The position numbers and the translations under genes are program-made. Positions 50,491-64,000 of a stretch of DNA of 64,000 bases are shown here, piece by piece. The stretch comes from Pecten maximus (taxonomy: Eukaryota): positions 27,404,001-27,468,000 of the forward strand of contig NC_047020.1 of assembly GCF_902652985.1 (NCBI RefSeq), given 5' to 3'. Below the pieces are notes generated by a model, which was not told the origin of the DNA, did not search any database, and worked only from the letters and a program-made list of their open reading frames with translations. The first letter of the stretch is position 1. The number at the start of each line of letters is the position of its first letter.

Positions 50491-50989
50491 GAAACTTTGT
50501 CCTGTTGTGGACACACTGTCTTGCATGTACAATTGAAAACATGCCTTCTCATGACTTATGTGAGCTAATTCGTCTTTAAAATATCAACCCTAGAATAAAC
50601 AACTCGGACAATGATACAAGTAAAAACATTTTGTTGTCAGCATAACTTAATCTGTTATAAAACAATATTACAGTAAAATTTACATCACTTGCATTATTAC
50701 AAACTTTAACACGAACCTATATGTTTATCTTTCTAGCAAATCTAGTGACCACTACTACACTAGTATTTGTTTAATCCAACATTCCTGAGGACTAGAACAT
50801 AACCCTAACTCATATGAGTTTCAAATTAATAGCCATTTTACAGTTTTGAAAAGCTGAAAATGCAACAAGGTGATGGCAATATATTAAAATAGAAAAAAAT
50901 AATTGAATGAATTTCAAACTTTCATGGAACAATATGTATCCTTTTCTAAAAATGCGTGGACAATATGTACTTGTGTACATATACATTCT

Positions 50990-51375
50990 TGAAAATAGAA
51001 TACTTAAAATTTCCTGTAAGTGCCTCTGTGTTGTGTTATTGTAGCAATAGCGTGGAGAATACAACTAGGAACCATGGAAAACCTACACATGAAGTTTTAG
51101 GAATATCCTTCCAGTACTTATCAAGAAATAGCGAAAACAAACTTCAATTCTCAAAATCCAAGATGGCCTCATGTCGGCCATTTTGTTTTTCCGAGTAAAA
51201 AATCTAAATTGAAATTGCACAACTAAGCACCAAGGGGAATCTACACATGAAGTTTGAGAAATGACCCTCTCTAGTACTAAAATAGAGATAACAGGGATTG
51301 TTTATGGAGGGACGGACAACAGACGAGCAACTGACGGACCACGGATGCAGGGCGATTCTGAAGATGGTGGGCTTA
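50990..51375 (-). mobile_element. Degraded HINE-like fragment; a related fragment lies at about 56230-56600
   Basis: CCAAGATGGCC..GGCCATTTTGTTT hairpin, CTACACATGAAGTTT internal repeat, and a GGAC microsatellite near the end. Confidence 0.5.
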
Positions 51376-52414
51376 AAATCTACTGGTCAAATGTGAGGAT
51401 GATGAATATGAGTGACTAATACTGAGCACCATATTTTTTTAACATTTACACTGCTAATTTCTACATGTATATACACAATATAACCATATGTAACAAATAT
51501 AAATTAGCAAAAGGAGAAGGCAGCCACAGACAACCAGAGCTCTTAACAGTAAAAAATATATGTAATGGATTCAGTACATAAGGATCCAACCAACCAAATA
51601 CAATATACCATAGGTAAACAGGGCATCATGGTATTTCCAATGAAAGTTCTAGAGTGCGAAGAGATATTGTAAAGAGTATGATGTTTCCATTTAAAAAGAA
51701 CAGCAAGGAGTGAAAAAAAAATTTGTATACACCACATGTATTAAATATGCCTGTATGGCATGAAATATTTGTGTGTACTTCCTTTCGTGGTTTGGAGCTT
51801 TCAAATTTTTTCATAGGTACAAACTTTCATTGGTAGTACATGCAACAATAATGCATACAGAAATATCTGTTATTCTTATATTTGTGGTTCCAAAGCAACC
51901 ACCAAAACAATAAAAGTTTATACATAACAAACATTCCATGTTATACTGTATGCATATTTATAATGACTTAACCATGAAATCTTCAAATATTTCAATAGAA
52001 AGCTTAAGGTAAATGAATCAAAAACCTAACATCCAAACAAAATGTACAAAAATGTAATTAACACAAAACAGGTGGTTCTCTACATCAACAACTATATTGT
52101 ATCATTGTATTGCACTATAATGGCATCTTTTCATGGTGATGTGATACCAAAAGGATGGACAAGATGTATTTCCATTGATCACCATTGGCAACTGGTCAGT
52201 TTCATATCACAAACTACAAAGTATTATCAGATTTAGGAATGCCTACTGGTATGAAGTAATGTGTAACAAAAACTATCCATAGGTTTGGTATTTTTTGCTT
52301 GTCAATGTTGTCACAGTACATCAAATGTCATAACATTATGACGTCAGACAGCAAGCACAAGTAAGTTCAGCAAATTTGAAATTCTAATTAAAAGTGTCTA
52401 AAATCATATTAATC

Positions 52415-53650
52415 CAAAGTTTACGTGTTGGGCCCATCCCCTACATTATGTCAAAGTTTATTTGTTAGGCCCATCCCCTGCATTGTGTCAGAATTTATGT
52501 GTTGGGCCCATCCCTTATATTGTGCCAAAGTTTATGTGTTGGGCCCATCCCCTGCATTGTGTCAGAATTTATGTGTTGGGCCCATCCCCTACATTGTGCC
52601 AAAGTTTATGTGTAGGGGCCATCCCCTGCATTGTGTCAGAATTTATGTGTTGGGCCATCCCTTACATTGTACCAAAGTTTATGTGTTGGGCCCATCCCCT
52701 ACATTGTGCCAAAGTTTATGTGTTGGGCCCATCCTCTGCATTGTGTCAGAATTTATGTGTAGGGGCCATCCCCTACATTGTGCCAAAGGTTATGTGTTGG
52801 GCCCATCCCCTACATTGTACCAAAGGTTATGTGTTGGGCCCATCCCCTACATTGTGTCAGAGTTTATGTGTTGGACCCATCCCTTACATTGTACCAAAGT
52901 TTATGTGTTGGGCCATCCCTTACATTGTGCCAAAGTTTATGTGTAGGGGCCATCCCTTACATTGTGTCAGAGTTTATGTGTTGGACCCATCCCTTACATT
53001 GTACCAAAGTTTATGTGTTGGACCCATCCCTTACATTGTACCAAAGTTTATGTGTTGGGCCCATCCCCTACATTGTGTCAAAGTTTATGTGTTGGGCCCA
53101 TCCCCTACATTGTGCCAAAGGTTATGTGTTGGGCCATCCCTTACATTGTACCAAAGTTTATGTGTTGGGCCCATCCCTTACATTGTGTCAGAGTTTATGT
53201 GTAGGGGCCATCCCTTATATTGTGTCAGAGTTTATGTGTAGGGCCCATCCCCTACATTGTGCCAAAGTTTATGTGTTGGACCCATCCCTTACATTGTACC
53301 AAAGTTTATGTGTTGGGCCCATCCCTTACATTGTGTCAGAGTTTATGTGTAGGGCCCATCCCCTACATTGTGCCAAAGTTTATGTGTTGGACCCATCCCT
53401 TACATTGTACCAAAGTTTATGTGTTGGGCCCATCCCCTACATTGTGCCAAAGTTTATGTGTTGGGCCATCCCTTACATTGTGCCAAAGTTTATGTGTTGG
53501 GCCCATCACTTACATTGTGCCAAAGTTTATGTGTTGGGCCTATCCCTTACATTGTGTCAGAGTTTATGTGTTGGGCCCATCCCCTACATTGTGTCAAAGT
53601 TTATGTGTTGGGCCCATCACTTACATTGTGTCAAAGTTTATGTGTAGGTC
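52415..53650. repeat. 37-bp minisatellite
   Basis: (AAGTTTATGTGTTGGGCCCATCCCCTACATTGTGCCA)n. Confidence 0.96.
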
Positions 53651-54279
53651 CCCTGGGCTTGTTACAGGATAAATATATAGTGGCATTACATTTTCAGGCA
53701 CTTGAAAAAAAAAATATTAAAAATCCTTTAAAATCTAAGAGTCTACAAATAAACATCTTGTTTTTAAAAGTAAAAACACTAAATCTCACACTTTCTCAAA
53801 TCACTTATTTTTCTGGCAACATATAAACACATAAATAATTAAATATCCACTGTTCCTTTTCTTAGAGGAAATGTAATGTGATATGTTCACAAACATATGA
53901 CTCCATTAACAAATATGAAGCAGTCCTTGATCTCTAAACTCTGAAGGTTTTGCCTGCTTTGTATTGCACATATATTGTCCAACAAGTTACTTGGTACTGG
54001 GATAAACTGACGAAACATGAGATCTGTTCTTCAAATCCAGATCAAATTGCACGGAAAAAAGTAAGTCAAATAGTTTATATACATCTAGTATATTTTCAAA
54101 AATATTAAAAAATTAAAAAATAAAACTTTACATGTAGATTAAAAATGATCAATATTACCGGTTTGATGATTATTTTGCCAATTTTCAGATGTTTCTAAAA
54201 CGAATATCAATTCAAAAACTATGCCTATACTCCCAGTAACTATGCTGTTTGGCCAAAGCAATGCTTACTAATACCATAT

Positions 54280-54830
54280 GACTAGAATAATCAGCTAAAC
54301 ATATCCATCTGACCAAGTGATAGCTTCAGTGTTCACTAAAAGCTTCAGTTTCCATCTAACAGGATGTGATAAAAGTCGCTGTCTGTCTGACTAGGATAAT
54401 AGCTTCAGTGTCTATTTTACTAGAATATTATAATTCACTTTCTATCTGGACCAGTAGCTTAAATGTCCATCTAGAAGCTTCACTTTGCATCTAACAAGAA
54501 TGATAAATTCACAGTCTCTAACTGGAAGAGTAATTAATTCTGCTGCGTCTGACTGAGTGGAGTAGCAGTTTATGTGTCTATCTCACTAGGAAGGATAAAA
54601 TGTGCTGTGTCTGTCAGACTGGAATGAGCTTTAGTGTTCATCTCACTAGGAATAATAAAATGCAGTGTGTCTGTCAGACTGGAGTGATGTTTAGTGTCCA
54701 TCTCACTAGGAATGATAAAATGCACTGTGTCTGTCAGTCTAGAGTCAGCTTTAGTGTCCATCTCACTAGGAATAATAAAATGCAGTGTGTCTGTCAGACT
54801 GGAATGCGCTTAAATGTCCATCTCACCCGA
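54280..54830. repeat. 60-bp tandem repeat in the presumed 3'UTR of the WD40 gene
   Basis: About 4-5 good copies at 54570-54830 (CATCTCACTAGGAATAATAAAATGCAGTGTGTCTGTCAGACTGGA...), decaying leftward. Confidence 0.85.
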
Positions 54831-54839
54831 GTTATAATT

Positions 54840-57800
54840 TCATCTTGTCCACCTGACTAAAGTGATGAAGTTATGTTCTGTAGCAATAGCTAGCACCGGT
54901 CCATTGCCATCGTCTCCAATGGCGACAGAGTTAACATGTTCTGAATCTGTATCATAAACAGCTACAGGCCTGGATAAGTCTATGTTGAACAGGTCTTTGT
55001 CCTCCTTCACTAGGTACAGGAAAACTTTACCTGGAGTTTGGAAATATAATGTCAAGTAATTTACATGGAATATTAATCAAATGTTTAAAATTTAAAATTG
55101 ATTTTCTACATCATACCAACAAAATTTGACAATATATCTAAGACAGAAACACCAGAAATCTGAATTTTCAATTATTCAAGCTCCTAACACTTTTCTATAA
55201 ATAACAACTTTTTTTCTCCACCAAGGACTTAGGAGGGTTTTTAACCCACTCAAGAAGTTCCTCCTCCAATGGAGACTACATATTTGTTTGTCAGCTGGTT
55301 TTATTGCCCTGTGAACAGCCAATGTCATTTTTAAGCGGGCTCCCCTTGTAGTAGTTGGTGACTACCTCCTTGAACAATATATGGGAGGCCTGTCACATGC
55401 CATCCAGAGCAATTAGGGTGAAGTATCTTGCCCATGGGCACAAACCCAACAGCACAGACCAGTCTATTTCTGAGCTTCTCGAGAAACACAAACCGACATG
55501 GGTAAGGAGTGTTGAACCATGTACCGGGTATCTTCACCTGAGGTTACGTGGCTAGTGTTCTAACTGACTCTGCTATCGCAGCACTGGAGACTAGGAAAGG
55601 CCTACCAGAAGATCCAATGGCCATGGTTGCAGTACCTCACTTCCTAATATCACCATGTTAGGAGTGACCCTGGTGCTTCTATGCTTCTTTGGCATGCATG
55701 AAATGCCATCTTGATTACAGGCAAGTAATAGTCCCAGGTATAATCTTTACCTTGTACACAACAGTGTACCATTTTTTTTATCACATATCCGAACAAATGC
55801 ATAACCAAACAAATGCCCTTTGAGCAGTTCAGGGTATATAGTGTCCTAAAGTTATGTATATGTTTCCATTGTTACATAATATCTCCTTGACATGACGAAG
55901 TTCTACAGTTGAAAAATTATATACTGATGCATCAATCTCTTAATACTTAAGATACCCCAGTAAAGGAAGTACTAAAGCAAAGTACTAAGTAATGGATACG
56001 TTTTAAATCAACCTAGAGACATTCATACATACCAGACTTGGCCCCGATTACTAAGATGTTGACTCTCCAGGCAATACACTCTGGAATGACATTTATGGCT
56101 TCGTACACATTGTGTTGTTTGAATTCCTTCAGATCCAGGGAAACACAAAGCATGCCATCATCTGTAATACACAGTAATACCAGCTAAATATGTTTATTTC
56201 TACATCAAATCTTTACATGTCAACATTCAAGATGACCACTTGCCGTCCATCTTGTTGTCCCAATCTGTCTCAAAAATAATACATCCAGCCACATCATGGA
56301 ACAAAAATTAACCTAGATTTGATCCATCAAATACAACAATATTCAAATCAGAATCCAAAATGGCTGCTTTTGGCAATTTCTTCTGATCAGTCTTAAAATT
56401 CAACCTACAGAAAAAGAGATTAAGGGGAACATACAGATGAACGGAAAGATCTATGCAATGATTCCTTAGAAAACTTCCAAAATGAAACCAAAATCAGTCT
56501 CAAAATCGAACATATCATTTTAGGAACCAAGAGAACCTAAATTAGAAATCTCTTTCCAGTACTTCACTAGGAATAGCGATAAAAGAATTAAGGAGTGCTG
56601 GGTCACAACTAGTATAGACAAAGGACAACCTGAACAGGCCAACCATCTATGATCCTCAATATTCAAAGCCTACTCATGTATTTCTACCAGCATGATGGTC
56701 AATCATAATAAGCTGGAAATAGTTCATTCATAACTTTTTGAGATAAGAACATAACAAATCCACAAAAATACATGCTTCTGCATATCACCAGGATTAAGCA
56801 AACATGAAGTATTATACTTGTAATTATTAATCAATGTAGAGTTAAACACAATTGTTGACACTGATGTCGGAAAAGTAACTGATACATCAGGCTTCATGAC
56901 TGTCTCATGTGAAACCGTAAATTATGAGATAGATTCATCGATGGAGAAAGAAGGCAAACATATTCAGATCAATATATTTTGTTTTATTTTATTATTATTA
57001 TTTTCCATTGTGGATTAGACATTCAAAAGTTGGGGGTGGGCTTATTCCCGAATATGAGCCTATGCAGGAAAAGTGAAAAACAGGGGGAGGGGGGGCTTAT
57101 CCCCGAGCATGGGCTGGGCTTATACTCAGTAAAATACGATAGTAGACTATGAAGAAAGAAAGGCCTGATCTTTACATCATTACCAGTATACCTGGTTCAT
57201 ATAGAGGATCTTCTCACCTGTCAGACATACTGCTTTATCATCACGGAAAAGGATAGTTTTGACTGCTGCTCCAAATACACACAAGATAACAGGTCGGTCC
57301 TGTTTACAATTTCTGTTTTGATCGGTCCCTTTGTACAGAAATAAGTTACCAATATCATCACTTGCCAGCACCTGTATCGAACACAAAAAAACCTTTAAAA
57401 CCATGTATGTGTATTCACAACCTTTTCATGTCTTGATCTTATTTTGTTCCTGTTACAGATGAGTCAATCAAAACAAATATTTTACCATGCATACAAACAA
57501 ATATATTAGTTTTTGTCTCATTTTGGGAAGAAAATTGGTGAATTGGGAAAGATTTTTTCAGGCATTAACTACAAATTTTGGGGAATTTGGCTTAAATATG
57601 AAATAATTTCAATTGGGAATGGGGTCCATTAATGGCCCTAAAAAGCCCACAGAAAAAGCCCTGGGTGGGCATAGGAGCAAATTGAGTCTTATAACATGAT
57701 AATGTTTTAACTAAAACACTCCATTCTTTCTTGACTTAAGTAAACACAATAGTCTGACAAGTTGTCATGCCAACAACCTTACATCTATCAAAGTAAATTA

Positions 57801-60800
57801 GGGTTCATAATCTGACAAACATTTACTTCAATGAAGATGTATGAGCTGACTGGATACATAATACTATGATTTACTAAATTCACTTCGTGAAAAGAAGTAC
57901 TGAATTATCAATAAAAGAATTATCATTTTTTGCTTAACTAACATTTTTAAACCTCTTAAATATATCAAATTTATGGTTGTAACATACATAATCATTTGTG
58001 AAATTTAGTGAAGAGTATTGCAGACAAGATCAGTGGTGATTGAACCTTGTTTCGATGTAGAGCGACTGCGAGTATGTTGGTTGACTCCTGGCCAGCCAAG
58101 TCCTGTCGACACCGGAGTTTAGCCTTTAGCTCCCGGCGATAGTCTATATCCCACACAGGATGTCCCTGAAGGAAGCTACAGTTGGCTGCTGCCACAAATG
58201 TTAGGCCACTACAACTACAAAATGAATCCCATAAATCTTTTAGTTTAATAGTTAGATTAAGATTGCTTGTACTATATTTACCTGAAATCAAGTTAATAGT
58301 ATTATTATACATTGACCATAGTTACTGGACATAGCTGACCTATATTATTGTTGACTTGCAATTACCATGCAGACCTGTAGTTAACCTGTAATCACCTGTA
58401 ACAGCTTACCAGTAGTTACCTAATGGTTTACCTTTAAAGTTACTTACCAGTTTACCTGTATAGTTACCACATCAGTTTACCTGTATAGTTACCACACCAG
58501 TTTACCTGTATAGTTACCACACCAGTTTACCTGTATAGTAACCACATCAGTTTACCTGTATAGTTACCACATCAGTTTACCTGTATAGTTACCACACCAG
58601 TTTACCTGTATAGTTACCACACCAGTTTACCTGTATAGTTACCACACCAGTATACCTGTATAGTTACCACACCAGTTTACCTGTATAGTTACCACATCAG
58701 TTTACCTGTATAGTTACCACACCAGTTTACCTGTATAGTTACCACACCAGTTTACCTGTATAGTTACCACACCAGTTTACCTGTATAGTTACCACACCAG
58801 TTTACCTGTATAGTTACCACACCAGTATACCTGTATAGTTACCACACCAGTTTACCTGTATAGTTACCACATCAGTTTACCTGTATAGTTACCACACCAG
58901 TTTACCTGTATAGTTACCACATCAGTATACCTGTATAGTTACCACACCAGTTTACCTGTATAGTTACCACATCAGTTTACCTGTATAGTTACCACATCAG
59001 TATACCTGTATAGTTACCACACCAGTTTACCTGTATAGTTACCGCATCAGTTTACCTGTATAGTTACCACATCAGTTTACCTGTATAGTTACCACACCAG
59101 TTTACCTGTATAGTTACCAAACCAGTTTACCTGTATAGTTACCACATCAGTTTACCTGTATAGTTACCACACCAGTTTACCTGTATAGTTACCACACCAG
59201 TTTACCTGTATAGTTACCACACCAGTTAACCTGTATAGTTACCAAACCAGTTTACCTGTATAGTTACCAAACCAGTTTACCTGTATAGTTACCACATCAG
59301 TTTACCTGTATAGTTACCAAACCAGATTACCTGTATAGTTACCACATCAGTTTACCTGTATAGTTACCACACCAGTTTACCTGTATAGTTACCACACCAG
59401 TTTACCTGTATAGTTACCACACCAGTTTACCTGTATAGTTACCACACCAGTTTACCTGTATAGTTACCACACCAGTTTACCTGTATAGTTACCACATCAG
59501 TTTACCTGTAAAGTTACCACACCAGTTTACCTGTATAGTTACCACACCAGTTTACACACATGTATAGTTACCAAACCCGTTTAAATACATGTATAGTTAC
59601 CACACCAGTTTACATTTATATTTACTTACCAGTTTACCTGTATAGTTACCAAACCAGTTTACCTGTATAGTTACCACACCAGCTTACCTGTATAGTTACC
59701 ACACCAGTTTACCTGTATAGTTACCAAACCAGTTTACCTCTATAGTTACCACACCAGTTTACCTGTATAGTTACCAAACCAGTTTACCTGTATAGTTACC
59801 ACAACAGCTTACCTGTATAGTTACCACACCAGTTTACACACATGTATAGTTACCAAACCCATTTAAATACATGTATAGTTACCACACCAGTTTACATTTA
59901 TATTTACTTACCAGTTTACCTGTATAGTTACCACACCATTTAACCTGTATATTTACCCTACCAGTTTACCTGTATATTTACCTATCAGTTAATCTGTATA
60001 TAAACCTACCAGTTTACCTGTATATAAACCTACCAGTTTACCTGTATATTTACCTACCAGTTTACCTGTATAATTACCTACTAGTTTACCTGAGGTAATC
60101 TGATTTGATTGACCTATATGTGTACAGTACTTACCTGACAGAGTTCACTTGTTTGCTGAAGTAAGAGATTTTGGTGGACTGCTCTGTTGTCATGTCATTG
60201 AGGATGAGAGAGGAATCCTTGGAAGTTGAGATGACAAACATGTCATTAATGCCCAATAGGAGGTGATTTACTGTCAAACCTAAAAACAATCAATATCACA
60301 AGACTTGTCCTTTAAAATAATTTAAATTGACAAAACCTTATTATCAGTAAAAATATGTTGTTTAAATTTAGAATTGATATATATCCCTTTCCAAAATTAT
60401 GCTAAAAGAAGAAGAAAAGCTTAAACCATTCAAGATTTTTCTGTTAGTTGCTGATGTCTGCAAGATGTCTTATCACATTCATATAACTCTCATTATATTT
60501 ATAAATGCTCTCATTACATTGACAACACTCATTACATTTATAACTCTCATTACATTTATAACTCCCATTACATTTATAACTCCCATTACATTTATGACTC
60601 TCATTACATGGACAACACTCATTACATTTATAACTCCCATTACATTTATAACTCTCATTACATTTATAACTCCCATTACATGGACAACACTCATTACATT
60701 TATGACTCCCATTACATTTATAACTCTCATTACATTTATAACTCTCATTACATTTATAACTCCCATTACATTTATAACTCCCATTACATTTATAACTCCC

Positions 60801-63426
60801 ATTACATTTATAACTCCCATTACATTTATAGCTCCCATTAAATTTATAACTCCCATTACATTTATAACACTCATTACATTTATAGCTCCCATTACATTTG
60901 TAACACTCATTACATTTATAAAGCTCTCTCATTACATTTATAACTCCCATTACATTTATAGCTCCCATTACATTTATAGCTCCCATTACATTTGTAACAC
61001 TCATTACATTTATAAAGCTCTCTCATTACATTTATAACTCCCATTACATTTATAGCTCCCATTACATTTATAAAGCTCTCTCATTACATTTGTAACACTC
61101 ATTACATTTATAAAGCTCTCTCATTACATTTATAACTCCCATTACATTTATAACTCCCCTTACATTTATAACTACCATTACATTTATAACTCCCATTACA
61201 TTTATAGCTCTCATTACATTTATAGCACTCATTACATTTATGACTCATTACATTTATGACTCTCATTACATTTATAACTCGCATTACATTTATAACTCCC
61301 ATTACATTTATAACTCTCATTACATTTATAAAGCTCTCTCATTACATTTACAACTCCCATTACATTTATAACTCTCATTACATTTATAGCTCCCATTACA
61401 TTTATAGCTCCCATTACATTTATGACTCATTACATTTATGACTCATTACATTTATGACTCTCATTACATTTATAACTCCCATTACATTTATAAATGCTCT
61501 CATTACATTGACAACACTCATTACACTCATTACATTTATGACTCTCATTACATTTATGACTCTCATTACATTTATAACTCCCATTACATTTATGACTCTC
61601 ATTACATTTATCACTCTCATTACATTTATAACTCCCATTACATTTATAACTCCCATTACATTTATAAAGCTCTCATTACATTTATGACTCTCATTACATT
61701 TATGACTCCCATTACATTTATAACTCTCATTACATTTATAGCTCTCATTACATTTATAACACTCATTACATTTATGACTCATTACATTTATGACTCTCAT
61801 TACATTTATAACTCGCATTACATTTATAACTCCCATTACATTTATAGCTCCCATTACATTTATAGCTCCCATTACATATAACTCCCATTACATTTATAAC
61901 TCCCATTACATTCATAAAGCTCTCTCATTACATTTATAACTACCATTACATTTATAACTCCCATTACATTTATAGCTCCCATTACATTTGTAACACATTA
62001 CATTTATAAAGCTCTCTCATTACATTTATAACTCTCACTACATTTATAACTCCCATTACATTTATAGCTCCCATTACATTTATAGCTCCCATTACATTTA
62101 TAACTCTCATTACATTTATAACTCCCATTACATTTATAACTCCCATTACATTTATAAAGCTCTCTCATTACATTTATAACTCTCATTACATTTATAACTC
62201 CCATTACATTTATAGCTCCCATTAAATTTATAACTCCCATTACATTTATAACTTCCATTACATTTATAGCTCCCATTACATTTATAAAGCTCTCTCCCAT
62301 TACATTTATAACTCCCATTACATTTATAAAGCTCTCTCATTACATTTATAACTCCCATTACATTTATAACTCCCATTACATTTATAACTCCCATTACATT
62401 TATAAAGCTCTCTCATTACATTTATAACTCACATTACATTTATAACTCACATTACATTTATAACTCCCATTACATTTATAACTCCCATTACATGTATAAC
62501 TCTCATTACATTTATAACTCTCATTACATTTATAACTCCCATTACATTTATAACTCTCATTACATTTATAACTCTCATTACATTTATAACTCCCATTACA
62601 TGGACAACACTCATTACATTTATAACTCACATTACATTTATAACTCTCATTACATTTATAGCTCCCATTACATTTATAACTCCCATTACATTTATAACTC
62701 TCATTACATTTATAACTCCCATTACATTTATAACTCTCATTACATTTATAACTCCCATTACATTTATAACTCTCATTACATTTATAACTCTCATTACATT
62801 TAAACTCCCATACATTTATAATCTCCCATTTACATTTATAACCTCTCATTACTTATGACTCCCATTACATTTATAACTTAATCCCATTACATTTATAACC
62901 TCCGCATTAACATTTATACTTCATTACATTTATGACTTCATTACATTTATAAAGCTCTCTCATTACATTTATAACTCCCATTACATTTATGACTCCCATT
63001 ACATTTATGACTCCCATTACATTTATAACTCTCTTTACATTTATAACACTCATTACATTTATGACTCATTACATTTATGACTCTCATTACATTTATAACT
63101 CTCATTACATTGACAACACTCATTACATTTATGACTCTCATTACATTTATAACTCTCATTACATTGACAACACTCATTACATTTATGACTCTCATTACAT
63201 TTATAACTCCTATTACATTTATAAAGCTCTCATTACATTAATAATACTCATTACATTATAGATAAGTCTCATTACATCTAAAACCTTAACAACTAACCAG
63301 CCCGAGTGACAGCCAGATCTGTAACCATCCTCTGATGCTGGTGGAGTGTAGTATTCTTGATGCACACATCAATGTTTTCCCAGGATATTACCCTGCCATC
63401 CTCATGTCCACTTAAAAGGACATTAT
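54840..63426 (-). CDS. WD40-like beta-propeller protein, 5'-partial (possibly F-box/WD type). Exons 63426-63298, 60279-60135, 58214-58046, 57371-57218, 56161-56033, 55030-54840
   Basis: GT-AG introns with chained phases (1,2,0,1,1) give about 305 open codons. WD-like blades include VLLSGHEDGRVISW, HQRMVTDL, FVISTSKDSSLILND, VLASDDIGNLFLY, LVIGAKSGKVFLY and HVNSVAI. Stop TGA at 54840. Confidence 0.85.
55283..55580 (-). mobile_element. CORE-type tRNA-derived SINE (degraded), intronic
   Basis: Minus strand shows a tRNA-like head GCGATAGCAGAGTCAGTTAG, a CORE-like block CCCATGGGCAAGATACTTCACCCTAATTGCTC, and an (ACAA)n tail. Confidence 0.7.
58440..60091. repeat. 25-bp intronic minisatellite
   Basis: (CCAGTTTACCTGTATAGTTACCACA)n. 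Confidence 0.97.
60480..63280. repeat. 18-bp intronic minisatellite
   Basis: (ACTCCCATTACATTTATA)n; source of the ITFITP, GSYKCN and GVINVM ORFs. Confidence 0.97.
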
Positions 63427-64000
63427 CTTTAACAGATATAAATCAATGTGACTTTATTAGAGTAATTTAGGGTGAAGAGGTGGGGTGGGACATTTTTGGT
63501 CTTATTCCCACTACCCGATGACAAATAGTATTGTTTCTACTTTTAAAACTTCCTCATAAATTGTTTTCTTCACCTTGTATTCAATTGACAATGCAATATG
63601 TATTAGCTCAACAAAAATCTATTGTAAACATGTACTGTAAAGTCTCTTACAGGGTACATTTTTCAAAACAATCAATTTTGAGTACATTGTATAAATAAAT
63701 ATTAATGTATAATGTACCTGGAATACTGGACATAACTTTAAACAAATTCACAGACACAATTCCGAAGAGTGAAAATCCTTTGTAGTGTATATTTTTACCT
63801 TAAACTCATATATTTATATTTGTTTCAAACAAGTTTTATAACAAAGCATGCAGTCAGTACATCCTAAAATATTTTTGTCTGTTCAATTTATAAAATACCA
63901 ATTTATGAACATTTGTACAACTGCATTACACACTTAAACCTAGTAAGTTTTATTTTCTAAAAATATGAAAAGTTAGTACACTGTACATGAATATATTTAC

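Noticed and set aside
52425-53826. Cys-rich overlapping ORFs
   Set aside because: The 37-bp unit is not a multiple of 3 and the same peptides rotate through all frames; satellite artefact.
60399-63261. (GSYKCN)n EGF- or zinc-finger-like ORFs
   Set aside because: 18-bp satellite lying within an intron of the WD40 gene, with many indels.

Overview
AT-rich eukaryotic (animal) genomic DNA. The HSPA12 gene and the SINE, Helentron-associated and Penelope-like repeat types point to a bivalve mollusc, probably a scallop; this is inference. Three spliced protein-coding genes can be rebuilt from splice sites and reading phase. (1) On the minus strand, a type II membrane protein with a SEA domain and a Thr-rich stalk, running off the left edge (exons from 8880 down to 1). 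(2) On the plus strand, a complete 4-coding-exon HSPA12/HSP70-12 gene of 578 aa (38903-42420) with a GC-AG first intron. (3) On the minus strand, a WD40-like beta-propeller gene entering from the right edge (63426 down to 54840). About 19 kb is made up of some ten unrelated minisatellites, which produce nearly all the long ORFs in the supplied track. The rest is transposon debris (Penelope-like, DIRS, CR1, L1/Tx1, hAT, SINEs, Helentron-associated) and a 132-N assembly gap. Two structures stand out. One is a three-level nest: a 127-bp TG..CA element built around a tRNA cloverleaf, inside a 1.37-kb solo LTR, inside a 24-bp minisatellite. The other is a 776-bp insertion in a 30-bp satellite that carries a compact 86-aa gene and a perfect 30-bp palindrome, with 5-bp direct repeats but no TIRs or LTRs.
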